Below are positions 1 to 9,585 of a DNA stretch of 64,000 nt, one piece after another (the stretch's first letter is position 1; every line of letters begins with the position of its first letter). Source of the stretch: an uncultured Melioribacteraceae bacterium (GTDB lineage Bacteria; Bacteroidota; Ignavibacteria; Ignavibacteriales; Melioribacteraceae). The position numbers were made by a program, and so were the translations under genes. The stretch lies in contig CBDUTO010000003.1 of assembly GCA_965370315.1 (NCBI GenBank), forward strand, positions 13,527 to 77,526, given 5' to 3'. Under the pieces are notes generated by a model, which searched no databases, was not told the origin of the DNA, and saw only the letters and a list, made by a program, of their open reading frames with translations.

Positions 1-1024
1 TTGCAACATTTGTTAAAGCTTCCTGAACTATTCTGAACAATCCGACACTAATTTTTTCATTTAGGGAAATATCTTTGGGAATTAATTTTAACTTACATTT
101 CACTCCCATACGATTTGCAAATTCATCGCATTGCCACTCTAATGCATAAGTTAATCCCAAATCATCTAAAAGACCAGGTCTCAATTCCGTTGATATTCTC
201 TGAACTGATGAGGTAGTATCGTCAATAAGTTTATTCATATTTTCAAATTTGGATGATATTTCATTATTAGTAGGCGATAATTTATTCTTAACCCAAGAGA
301 GATCAAATTTTAATGCAGTTAGAGCCTGCCCAATTACATCATGAATCTCTCTTGAGATTTCTGCTCTCTCATTCTCTCTAATATTTTGTGAGTGGTTGTT
401 AAGTTCTCTTAACTGCAATTTTGATGTTTCTAATCGTTCAAGTGTCTCTTTTTTTTCAATAACTTCTCGTTGCAGATCATTCATCAGATTTAGAGAAGCT
501 CTTTTATTCTGCTCAAGATCTTTCAAAATACCTCTTAATTTTTCTTCTGTTTCGATGCGCTTAACAAGTTCCTTTTCTAAGTCACGAGTTCTCTCTTTTA
601 TTATGTGATCGAGGTAGTCTTTTTCATTTCTTAATACATCTTCTGATTTTTTAATTCTAAGCATTGCCCTTATTTGAGCCATAAGTTCTGATGATTCAAT
701 CGGTTTTGCAAGGAATGCATCTGCTCCCAAATTAAGAGCTTTTATTTTACTTTCAGAATCAGTTCTAGCAGCCGTAAGCATTATAATTGGAATATGTTTT
801 ACTAATTCAAGTTCCTTAAGTTTACCACAAACTTCATAGCCGTCCATACCTGGCATTATAATATCTAATAGAATTACATCCGGCTGCTCTTTTTCGGCTA
901 ATTCTATGCCAATCTTCCCAGTAGTTGTAGTTATAACAGTGACCTCGGGCATAGAAATTCGTAATGTTGCCGAAAGTGCAACTAAATTATCATTGTTATC
1001 GTCAATTGCTAATATTTTTATCAT
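1..1024 (-). CDS. Receiver domain fused to a HisKA_3-type histidine kinase; C-terminus cut by the window edge
   Basis: Own minus-strand translation from the ATG at 1024-1022. MIKILAIDDNNDNLVALSATL...ILLDIIMPGMDGYEVC...GADAFLAKP is a CheY-like receiver. A coiled coil follows, then the H-box EISREIHDVIGQALTALKFDL (NarX/DegS-type HisKA_3) and the N-box LFRIVQEALTNVA at base 1. It is open throughout and absent from the ORF track only because no stop lies in the window. Confidence 0.8.
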   Translation of the reverse strand, partial: MIKILAIDDNNDNLVALSATLRISMPEVTVITTTTGKIGIELAEKEQPDVILLDIIMPGMDGYEVCGKLKELELVKHIPIIMLTAARTDSESKIKALNLGADAFLAKPIESSELMAQIRAMLRIKKSEDVLRNEKDYLDHIIKERTRDLEKELVKRIETEEKLRGILKDLEQNKRASLNLMNDLQREVIEKKETLERLETSKLQLRELNNHSQNIRENERAEISREIHDVIGQALTALKFDLSWVKNKLSPTNNEISSKFENMNKLIDDTTSSVQRISTELRPGLLDDLGLTYALEWQCDEFANRMGVKCKLKLIPKDISLNEKISVGLFRIVQEALTNVA

Positions 1025-1254
1025 CTCACAATTCCTAATAAGTGTCTTAATAAAAAGTGACTAAAGTATTTTTAAAGTTAAAGTGTATAAAGAGAACATT
1101 GAATCGCCAAAAATCAATTATCACTCCGGCAATTTTTCAGTTGGAATCTCCCACAAGTATAGATTCCGTTTAATGACATCTCGGAATGACATCCTAAGAG
1201 TGGTTCTCAAAGCTTTCACAATTTTTTAACTTTTAACTTTAGGCACTTCTCTCC

Positions 1255-4200
1255 TTAAAGCCATTCTTCAAGTTTTTTCAATAAAAGTTCTTGATCTATT
1301 GGTTTTGAAATATAATCATCACAACCGGCAACAAGAAAATTATCTTTATCTTCCTTCATTGCGCGAGCAGTTAAAGCAATAACTGGGATGTTTTTTGTCT
1401 CGTCTTTACTTTTTAAAATACCGACTATTTCAACACCATCCATCATAGGAAGAGACATATCAAGCAAAATAATATCTGGTAAATTCTTAATTGCTTTAAT
1501 CAAGCCGCTCTCCCCATCGTAGGCTTTAATAATATTATATTTGTTTTTTAAAATAGCATTTACTGTAACCATGTTATCTTTATTATCTTCAATAACCAAT
1601 ATATCTGAAAGACCTCTTTTGGGTTTTGATCTCTTTTTAGATATCTCAATATTATTTACGGCAGACGTTGCATCCTTATTTGAAGTATTCGTTGCTCGCA
1701 ACTTCTCTACATCCATATTTTTTGTTGTAGATTTTTCAATCTCTTTTCTCTTTAATATACCCCCGACCATATTTTGTATTTTAAAGAGAAGATCGTTTTT
1801 ATCAACGTTTCCTTTATGAATTAATTGCTGAACATTATTGGCACTTAATCGGGATAGATCAGCCTTTGATAAGTCCTTGGCTGTAAGAATTAAAACGGGT
1901 ATTTTTTTATTTTCCTCTCTACTTCTTAATTTTTCAAGTACTTCAAAACCATCAATTTCAGGCATCATCAAATCGAGAATTATTCCATCGGGAATGGTGT
2001 GCTTTATATAATCAAGTGCTTCTTGCCCTCCTCTGGCTACATCTATATCGTAACCTTCTGGAGTTAAAATAGATTTAACTTGAATAATAGCAGATTCATT
2101 ATCTTCCACTAACAATAGACATATTTTTGACTTATCTTTCAGCTTGTGACTCAGATCAGGATTATCTCCCAAATCTTTTAATATCCGTCTTATTTCGTTA
2201 TACAATTGTTGTGGTGCAGCATTACTTTTCGCAACAATTGACGATACTTTTCCATGAAGTCTTATTTTATCATTTCGTGTCAGATCTTTTGCCGTAACAA
2301 TGATAATGGGCAGATCTTTAGTACTTGGGATATTACGAACCTTATTAAGAACTTGAAACCCATCCATTTCTGGCATAACAAGGTCAAGCACAAGAATATC
2401 CGGTATTTGTCTTTTAAGAAGTTGAATACATTTGTTTCCACCTTCTGCCAAAACCGTTAACATCTTTTCCTCTTCCAATATCTCCGCTATTCTTTTCCTG
2501 TCCATTTCATTATCGTCAACAATCATAATAGTTTTAGGATTATCATGCAGTTTATTTATCTCGGAAATAAGATTCTTCCCATCAATCGGTTTATTAACAT
2601 ACCCAACCGCACCCAGTGCAAAACCGGTCTCCTTATCATCGGAAACTGAAACAATAATAACAGGAATATCTTTTGTGCTCTCATTAGCCTTCATTTTTTG
2701 GAGAACTTCCCAACCATCCATATCGGGCATAATAACATCCAGTGTTATTGCATATGGTTGATGTTTTTTCGCTAACTCTAACACCTTACTTCCAAATGTA
2801 GTTCCAATAGTATCATAACCTTCTTTTTCCAAAGCGTTTGAAATATAGCTTACCATTTCCGGATTATCATCAACCACTAAAATAGTTTTCTTTAGGGATT
2901 TTGGAATTATCGGTTGAACCATTACAGTTTCAGTGGAATAAACTTCACTTTGCCATTCGATGGGAAAAGTAATAGTGAATTTACTTCCACTACCATACTT
3001 GCTTATAGCTTTGATATCTCCGTCTAGAATTTTAATTAATTTGTAAACTATAGCTAATCCTAATCCAGTACCTTCGTACTGCTTGGATGATGAACCATCC
3101 ACTTGTCTAAATTCATCAAAAACAAATTGGAGATCATCCTCACTAATACCTATTCCAGAATCTTCTACTTCTATGTAAACCTTTTCAGAATCAGCGAAAG
3201 CATTGATATTTACTTCCCCCTCTTCTGTAAACTTTATTGCATTTCCGATTATGTTAGAGAAAACTTGCCGCAACTTTGGCAAATCAGTCTCTACTTTAGG
3301 AATAAACCCATTAATATTGAGATTTAATCCTATATCTTTTTCCTGTGCTAGGGAAGATAAATTATCTTTGATTAATCTGAGTTCCGATTCCAGAGAAAAT
3401 TTAGAGGGCGTTAATTCCATCTTACCAGCTTCAATTTTTGAAAGGTCGAGGATATCATTTATCAGACTCAACAATTGTTTCCCGTTACGCTCAACTATTT
3501 CGAGATAACTATTTTCTTCTTCATTAAGTTTGTCAGATGCCCCAATTATTAACACGCGAGAAAGTGCCATAATAGAATTGAGTGGTGTTCGGAGTTCATG
3601 ACTCATGTTGGATAAGAATTCACTCTTTAATTTGTTGGCCAGTTCTACTTCTTTCCGTTGCATATCCAATTCAAGATTCTGCTCTTGCAGTTCTTCCGAA
3701 GTCTGTTGTAATTCTTCTGTTTGGCTTTGTAATTCTTCTGTTTGGCTTTGTAATTCTTCCGACTGTTCCTGCAATTCTTCCGATTTAGTTTCCAACTCCA
3801 TGTTTATTCTTGAAAGGTTTTCTGCCAGTACCATTGTTCGCTCGTTTGCTAGTAAACTCGCGTAAGAAGAATTTAAACTCCACCATGATTGCTCAAGAAT
3901 ATCATAGCTTTCTTTATTGAACTTGATAACATTAACAAGCGAAATAATAGCCAACACAACGTTTTCAACCAATATTGGAATAGTAATAATTTCTTTCGGT
4001 ATTGCATTACCAGCAGAAGTTTGAAATTTAAAAATAGTATCTTCAGGAATATCACGCATATGATAGATGCATTTTTTCGAGAGTGCAATACCAAATTCAC
4101 CTTCAGGATTTTCTGAGTTAAAAGATTTCAGCATTTCTTCATTTGCCCCGATAGATGTGATATGCTCAAACTCGGAGGTTAACTCATTCAAAATATAAAA

Positions 4201-5442
4201 TACGCCCATGTTGCATTGAGTTGTTTCAATCAACTGTTTTAAAATTTCTGAACTAAAATCCTGCATCGAAGTCTGTTCGATCATTATATTAGAAATTTCA
4301 GAAGTACCTTTTTGGATAGTAATTTTAGATTTAATTGATTCGGTCATTTCATTTATAGATTTAGAGAGTGAACCAAGTTCATCTTTAGAATTGATCATAT
4401 TCTTAACAGAATAATCACCTGCTATAATTTTTTTTGTAACATTATCTAATCCTACTATTGGTTTTGATATAGATTTACCGATAAATATTGCAACAAAATA
4501 GATCAATAAAGCAGATAAAACAAATAGAAGCACAAAATTAAATATCATTTCACGAATGGGTTCATTCAATTCGTAAAGATCCTGTTTGCAGACAAAGCCC
4601 CATCTGATTTCGGGGATGTAAGTATATGCAGCTAGAATTTCTTCGCCTCGGTAATCATCAGTAATTTTTATTCCTGTTTTCCCATTTGCTGCATCAACAG
4701 CTGGTTCAGCCTTAATCAGAAGATTAAGTGGGGCATTTTCATGCCAACGGAGTTCGTTCAATGCCATTACATCTTTGTTAACAATTAGTGTCTCACCCGT
4801 TTCACCCAAGCCCACTCTATCATTAAGCATTTTATAGAGTGAGTTATGCAAATCAATACGTGCTACAAGAATACCTATAATATGCTTGCTATGTGTCTTG
4901 CATAAAATTGGTAAAGAGAAGGTCATTTCAGATCTATTAGTTGTATTTGAATAATAGATATCTTTAATAAACATTTCACCTGTTTCTAATGGTTTACTGA
5001 AATATGGGTCTTCAGATTTATTTTCACCTAACTGACTCAAATTTGTTGATATTTCAACCAAACTGGAATTAGCCCCAACAATAAATAATTCAGAATATCT
5101 ACTGTAATTTCTAAAATATCTACTAAGCAGCTCTCTAGCAGCACTTATTTTTTCAAAGTCTTCAGCCGATTTTGATTTCTTTTCAAGAATATTTTCCAAA
5201 CCCCTGAGCTCATTATCTTTCGACATAACATGCATATCCCCCTTAGTTTCTATTAACCATTGATTCAAACGCTCCACTTTCAAGTCACGAATAGCAATAA
5301 TTTTATCGAATGTTCTGGATTCAATAACATTTACACGTTGAATATATGTAACAACTAATGCTAGTAATAATGGCGTTAACGCAATAATTAGGAACCAGAA
5401 AGTTAATCGGTTTTTAATGCTGTTAAATGTTGTTTTTTTCAT
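1255..5442 (-). CDS. Hybrid sensor histidine kinase: TM, Cache-like extracytoplasmic domain, TM, HAMP, GAF, coiled coil, HisKA, HATPase_c, four receiver domains
   Basis: 1395-aa ORF with two hydrophobic segments flanking a ~270-aa domain. H-box FLSNMSHELRTPLNSI; G-boxes EDSGIGI and GTGLGLAIV. Four D-D...D...K receiver units: ILVVDDNPEM..LDVIMPDMDG, IMIVDDNEMD..LDLVMPEMDG, LLLVEDNESA..LDLMMPEIDG, ILVIEDNKDN..LDMSLPMMDG. Confidence 0.9.
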   Translation of the reverse strand: MKKTTFNSIKNRLTFWFLIIALTPLLLALVVTYIQRVNVIESRTFDKIIAIRDLKVERLNQWLIETKGDMHVMSKDNELRGLENILEKKSKSAEDFEKISAARELLSRYFRNYSRYSELFIVGANSSLVEISTNLSQLGENKSEDPYFSKPLETGEMFIKDIYYSNTTNRSEMTFSLPILCKTHSKHIIGILVARIDLHNSLYKMLNDRVGLGETGETLIVNKDVMALNELRWHENAPLNLLIKAEPAVDAANGKTGIKITDDYRGEEILAAYTYIPEIRWGFVCKQDLYELNEPIREMIFNFVLLFVLSALLIYFVAIFIGKSISKPIVGLDNVTKKIIAGDYSVKNMINSKDELGSLSKSINEMTESIKSKITIQKGTSEISNIMIEQTSMQDFSSEILKQLIETTQCNMGVFYILNELTSEFEHITSIGANEEMLKSFNSENPEGEFGIALSKKCIYHMRDIPEDTIFKFQTSAGNAIPKEIITIPILVENVVLAIISLVNVIKFNKESYDILEQSWWSLNSSYASLLANERTMVLAENLSRINMELETKSEELQEQSEELQSQTEELQSQTEELQQTSEELQEQNLELDMQRKEVELANKLKSEFLSNMSHELRTPLNSIMALSRVLIIGASDKLNEEENSYLEIVERNGKQLLSLINDILDLSKIEAGKMELTPSKFSLESELRLIKDNLSSLAQEKDIGLNLNINGFIPKVETDLPKLRQVFSNIIGNAIKFTEEGEVNINAFADSEKVYIEVEDSGIGISEDDLQFVFDEFRQVDGSSSKQYEGTGLGLAIVYKLIKILDGDIKAISKYGSGSKFTITFPIEWQSEVYSTETVMVQPIIPKSLKKTILVVDDNPEMVSYISNALEKEGYDTIGTTFGSKVLELAKKHQPYAITLDVIMPDMDGWEVLQKMKANESTKDIPVIIVSVSDDKETGFALGAVGYVNKPIDGKNLISEINKLHDNPKTIMIVDDNEMDRKRIAEILEEEKMLTVLAEGGNKCIQLLKRQIPDILVLDLVMPEMDGFQVLNKVRNIPSTKDLPIIIVTAKDLTRNDKIRLHGKVSSIVAKSNAAPQQLYNEIRRILKDLGDNPDLSHKLKDKSKICLLLVEDNESAIIQVKSILTPEGYDIDVARGGQEALDYIKHTIPDGIILDLMMPEIDGFEVLEKLRSREENKKIPVLILTAKDLSKADLSRLSANNVQQLIHKGNVDKNDLLFKIQNMVGGILKRKEIEKSTTKNMDVEKLRATNTSNKDATSAVNNIEISKKRSKPKRGLSDILVIEDNKDNMVTVNAILKNKYNIIKAYDGESGLIKAIKNLPDIILLDMSLPMMDGVEIVGILKSKDETKNIPVIALTARAMKEDKDNFLVAGCDDYISKPIDQELLLKKLEEWL
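3687..3791. repeat. Five tandem 21-bp units, in frame inside the hybrid kinase coiled coil
   Basis: Units start at 3687, 3708, 3729, 3750 and 3771. Units 2 and 3 (gtaattcttctgtttggcttt) are identical. They encode the heptads SEELQEQ/SEELQSQ/TEELQSQ/TEELQQT/SEELQEQ. Confidence 0.85.
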
Positions 5443-5767
5443 GTAAAACTCCTTTGTCGAGTTGTGGGTCGCATGTTACGAGTTGTGTTTGTTCAACTCC
5501 TTTTCAACAAATTAATTGTTCTATATTATTTTTTTTCCTTACAATGAATAAATATAAAGAAACAATTATTTTTATCCATAAGATAAATCTCATGGTTATT
5601 CAATTTGTTTTTCTGAATAATACAAAATAAATTCCCATATATGAATTGCCATACATGAATTGCCTTGTCTGAATAGCTATGCCTGAATAGCCATGCCTTT
5701 CAAGGCATGGAAAATAAATTATTAAAAATAATCAATTGGGTTTTAACCCTTCATGGTTCTCTCTTCA

Positions 5768-8700
5768 TCATTTATCCTTTCCCATAGTTCCAATTCTTTT
5801 TTCCAATTCTCTTATCTTAAGTTCTCTTCCAACAAACACTTTCATTGCTCTATCGAGTTCATTGTTTTTATCTTGTAATTCCTTTGTTCTTTCTTGAACT
5901 GTTTCTTCCAAATTTTCTTGGTAATCTGAAAGTTCTCTTTCAACCCGCTTGCGCTCGGTGATATCCCTAACAGTTGCGAAACTACATATTACATATCCTT
6001 TTTCATCTTTTATTTGAGAGGGGTTTACACTAACTGGGAATCTCTTCCCGTTTTTCCTTTTGAAAACTAATTCAAAGCTTTCAAAATTTCCTTGCGAAGT
6101 TTTTACAAATGCCTCTTGAATATTTTCATATTCCTCCTCGGGCCAGTATGGGTGTGGTGAACCAACCCCTATCAACTCTTCTTTCGCAAATCCAGTCATA
6201 TTGCAAAAAGCTAGATTAACATCTATATGAACACCATTATTATCCAATATCGAAAATCCATCCGACATAGATTCGATTATTTCTATTGAAAAATTTTCGC
6301 TTTCCCTCAGCTTGTCTTCCGTCAGCTTGCGCTCGGTAATGTCCTGAGCTACCCCACACATTTTAACTCGTTGCCCAGAATCATTATAAATAATTTTGCC
6401 ACTCGCTCTGACATAGCGTACCTCACCATCATTTTGCCTAACAATACGATGTTCTATATTATAAGGAGTTTCCCCTTTTAGTGCATCTTGAAAGGCTTTT
6501 TCAACACCCGGGGCATCCTCAGGATAAGCAATTGTCATCAATTCTTCACGCGTTATGCCAGATAATCGACAACCATGAATGCGTAACCAGTTTTCAGAAA
6601 ACGTCCATTCATCTTGGACAAGATCCCATTCCCATGCTCCCTGGTTAGAAATTTCTTCAGCCTGCAGTAATAATAATTGGCTCTTTTTTGTATCTTCCTC
6701 GGCTTGTTTCCTAACCACAGTTTCCCATGCAACATCGGCAAAACGCTGAATGCTATAGACATCGGATTCGTTATAATCTGATTTTTTATTTCCAACTCCA
6801 AGAACTGCCTTAATTTTATTCCCTCTAATAACAGGAACTACTAATTCACGCATAATTGGAGCATGTCCTTCGGGCAAACCTTTTTTGTGTGCTAAACTTG
6901 AATAGTCATTATGAATTACAGGTTTACGTTCTTTAACACAATCTACCCAAGCACCTGCTTTTGAGATGGGATAATGTCGAGTAGCTTCTCCTGATCCTTT
7001 ACACATATTATTTAATGTATTGGTAGACCATGTTTGGAGTGAAATGGATTCCTGATCATCTTCAACATAATGATAAAATCCAATATCGCTATTGGTGAGT
7101 TTTTCGGCCTCATCTAAGAATTTACGAAGCACTTCTTCTTCCGAATGATTAATCGCATATTCAAACATTTTTAATTCTACATCCAGAATTTTTTCTTCGT
7201 GCTTTCGTTCTGAAATATCTACATGGGTACCTACTATTCTTATGGCTATGTCCTTATCATCAAAAACTGCCTCAGCACGAGAAAGAATATCAACCCAATG
7301 ACCATCTTTGTGCTTCATCCTGAATTCCAATTCAAAACGATCACGTTCTTTGTTGATTACTTCTTGCTGCATTTTCCATGATTTTTTTGCATCTTCTGGC
7401 TCAATTAGTTTTTCCCATATAGAGAAATCATTTGGCAATTCATCCTCTTTATAACCCAACATATTCTTCCAGCTAGGGGAATAATAAATCTCGTTTGTTA
7501 CAAGATCCCAATCATACAAACCATCTTTTGTAGCATTCATTGCCAGCTCAAATCTTTCTTTACTATCTTTTAAATCTATTTCAGCCTGTTTACGTTCAGT
7601 AATATCAGTAGCCATGCTAATTACAACTTTTTTACCATCTGGTAACTCTCCTATCGGACTGGTGCTGAAATCCCAAAGACGATAACTGCCATCTTTAATT
7701 TTCACTTCCCATTCACCATCGTACTGTGTTTTATCAATTTTGTATAAATTTTCGATAAACTCTTTGTTCGGTACGGCATCTTTACCATATGCTTTTAATG
7801 TCCATTTTTTTATAGTTGGTATGTCATCAATAGTATATCCTGTCTGCTTAATCCACTCTTCAGATAATTGCAGCACTTTTCCATCCGAATGGATCATAAT
7901 TGGATATGGAGCATAAGTGATAGCGCGACGGAATCTTTCTTCGCTCTCTTTCAATTCTCGCTCTGAATTGATTTTTTCTGTTATATCTGTAATTATCATT
8001 CCTAGACCGTGCCCTACTTTAAATGCTTTCAGTAAAACATGCTTATTGCCAAATTTTGACTGTGGCATGATATCATTAAAAATTATTGGTTTCCCACTCC
8101 TAATAACTTCTTTATATTGATCATATCTTCCAGACTTCTCAACGTCTGGCGCTAGTTGCAATATATTTTTTCCAATAACACCTTTTCTTTTTTGTTGGGT
8201 CATTTTTAATGCTGCATCATTAATATCAACTTGATTTAGCTCTGAATCAAAAAGCATAAAACCATCTGTTGCAGAATCCATAAAGCCCCTTAATCTTTCC
8301 TCACTTACTTTTAACTCTTCTTCTGCCTTCTTTCTCGCTGTTACATCATCATAAATTGCTACTATATTATAGTTTGGCATCCTAAAAATTCTATTTTCAT
8401 AAAAATTAGAATAATTTTCATCAATATATACCTTAGCAGGGTACATTCTTGCAATACCAGTCTTCCATACTTCTCTAAATTCCGAGATTAAACCAAAGTC
8501 ATCAATATTGGGACGCAAATCAAAAAGACTTTTCCCTATCACTTCTTCTTTCTTTTTTTCTTCTAATTCCAATGATTTTTTATTAAAATTTTCAATAATA
8601 TAATCTTTACCAAATTCACCATCATTAATTACCTTATATATAGCTACACCACTATTTAGATTATTAAACAAATCTTCAAATATCTTTTTCCCTTTTGCTA

Positions 8701-9100
8701 TTTTTTCATTGGCCTGTTTTAGTTTGCCATCGCTTTCTATTTCCTTTACCACGCGCTTAATTACTTCAGGCAGCTTTTCAAGGAAGAGTATATCTTTTAT
8801 TAAATAATCCTTGGCGCCCAGCTTCATCATATCTACGGCTATGCGCTCATCGCCCTGTCCGGTGGTGATAATAAAAGGTGGCAGCGGAATTTGCTTCTTA
8901 TTTAGTGTTTCAATCAACTCTTTGCCATTTATATCGGGCAACGAATAATCAAGCAGCATCATGTCTGGTATTTGTTTTTTTAGATGTGTAAGCGCATCAG
9001 TACCTAAAGCAACACTCATCACAGAAAAACCCAATTCTTCTACTATTGTACTAATCAATTTGACTAATCCAGCATCGTCTTCTATCAATAAAATATTCAT
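5768..9100 (-). CDS. Response-regulator receiver followed by about six PAS domains and one GAF domain; no recognisable output domain
   Basis: 1110-aa ORF. N-terminal receiver MNILLIEDDAGLV...MMLLDYSLPDINGKE...GAKDYLIKD. Repeated PAS boundaries (...DITERK...EERF/LR...). GAF-like stretch FLDEAEKLTNSDIGFYHYVEDD...VVPVIRGNKIKAVLGVGNK. I see no H-box, GGDEF, EAL or HTH. It ends in a short coiled coil. Confidence 0.85.
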   Translation of the reverse strand: MNILLIEDDAGLVKLISTIVEELGFSVMSVALGTDALTHLKKQIPDMMLLDYSLPDINGKELIETLNKKQIPLPPFIITTGQGDERIAVDMMKLGAKDYLIKDILFLEKLPEVIKRVVKEIESDGKLKQANEKIAKGKKIFEDLFNNLNSGVAIYKVINDGEFGKDYIIENFNKKSLELEEKKKEEVIGKSLFDLRPNIDDFGLISEFREVWKTGIARMYPAKVYIDENYSNFYENRIFRMPNYNIVAIYDDVTARKKAEEELKVSEERLRGFMDSATDGFMLFDSELNQVDINDAALKMTQQKRKGVIGKNILQLAPDVEKSGRYDQYKEVIRSGKPIIFNDIMPQSKFGNKHVLLKAFKVGHGLGMIITDITEKINSERELKESEERFRRAITYAPYPIMIHSDGKVLQLSEEWIKQTGYTIDDIPTIKKWTLKAYGKDAVPNKEFIENLYKIDKTQYDGEWEVKIKDGSYRLWDFSTSPIGELPDGKKVVISMATDITERKQAEIDLKDSKERFELAMNATKDGLYDWDLVTNEIYYSPSWKNMLGYKEDELPNDFSIWEKLIEPEDAKKSWKMQQEVINKERDRFELEFRMKHKDGHWVDILSRAEAVFDDKDIAIRIVGTHVDISERKHEEKILDVELKMFEYAINHSEEEVLRKFLDEAEKLTNSDIGFYHYVEDDQESISLQTWSTNTLNNMCKGSGEATRHYPISKAGAWVDCVKERKPVIHNDYSSLAHKKGLPEGHAPIMRELVVPVIRGNKIKAVLGVGNKKSDYNESDVYSIQRFADVAWETVVRKQAEEDTKKSQLLLLQAEEISNQGAWEWDLVQDEWTFSENWLRIHGCRLSGITREELMTIAYPEDAPGVEKAFQDALKGETPYNIEHRIVRQNDGEVRYVRASGKIIYNDSGQRVKMCGVAQDITERKLTEDKLRESENFSIEIIESMSDGFSILDNNGVHIDVNLAFCNMTGFAKEELIGVGSPHPYWPEEEYENIQEAFVKTSQGNFESFELVFKRKNGKRFPVSVNPSQIKDEKGYVICSFATVRDITERKRVERELSDYQENLEETVQERTKELQDKNNELDRAMKVFVGRELKIRELEKRIGTMGKDK

Positions 9101-9131
9101 AATATCTCTCTTATTAGTTTCTATGTATATA

Positions 9132-9563
9132 TTACAACTTCACCACTTGAATAAAAAGGCCTAATCTTTTTAATGTTTCTGCAAATTTTACAAAATCAAC
9201 TGGTTTGGTGATATAAATATTACAGCCCAGTGAATAACATTTTTCAACTTCGCGTGGATCGTCAGTAGTTGTAAGCATCATTACAGGAAGGTTTTTAAAA
9301 TCGTCATCGCTTTTTATTTGCTCTAGCACCTCTACGCCATTCATTCTAGGCATGTTGATATCGAGCAATAGTAGATATGATTTATTTTTGTCTAACACCA
9401 TATTTTTGCCTTTGCCCGAAATAAAATCCCAGATCTCTTTACCATCTACAAAGCGGATCATATGATTGCATATTCCCGAATCCTTTAATCCTGCCATAAT
9501 AAGCTCGGCATGTCCATCATCATCTTCGGCTATCAGAATTGTAAGTTCTTTGTATTTTTCCAT
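9132..9563 (-). CDS. Single-domain CheY-like response regulator
   Basis: MEKYKELTILIAEDDDGHAELI...LLLLDINMPRMNGVEVLEQIK...PVMMLTTTDD...GCNIYITKP. I place the start at the internal ATG (9563-9561), because the 19 upstream codons of the track ORF overlap the end of the preceding kinase gene. Confidence 0.85.
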   Translation of the reverse strand: MEKYKELTILIAEDDDGHAELIMAGLKDSGICNHMIRFVDGKEIWDFISGKGKNMVLDKNKSYLLLLDINMPRMNGVEVLEQIKSDDDFKNLPVMMLTTTDDPREVEKCYSLGCNIYITKPVDFVKFAETLKRLGLFIQVVKL

Positions 9564-9585
9564 AATTATTTTCCTTCTTAAATAT

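Noticed and set aside
396-608. 70-aa plus-strand ORF at the start of the window
   Set aside because: It lies antisense to the clearly coding REC-HisKA_3 kinase. The sequence is low-complexity and S/F/L-rich, as expected for the reverse frame of an AT-rich gene.
3687-3791. Regular 21-bp repeats as a possible CRISPR or minisatellite
   Set aside because: There are no spacers. The units are contiguous, in frame, and encode heptads of a coiled coil inside a gene.
1541-4116. Series of plus-strand and alternate-frame ORFs (1541-1819, 2254-2460, 2432-2761, 3103-3508, 3582-3865, 3873-4116)
   Set aside because: All are nested inside the 1395-aa hybrid kinase gene. They have no motifs, and their composition is typical of antisense or shifted frames.
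5691-5710. Palindrome ccatgcctttcaaggcatgg as the intrinsic terminator of the REC-PAS-GAF gene
   Set aside because: On the transcribed (minus) strand the T-rich run precedes rather than follows the stem, so a canonical terminator call is not supported. It is kept only as an unexplained element.
6553-6801. Same-strand nested ORFs (6553-6801, 13294-13491, 19487-19777, 22754-22951, 22997-23200, 36400-36603, 44944-45237, 51326-51523, 60238-60429)
   Set aside because: These are alternate frames inside long, motif-supported genes, with no independent support.
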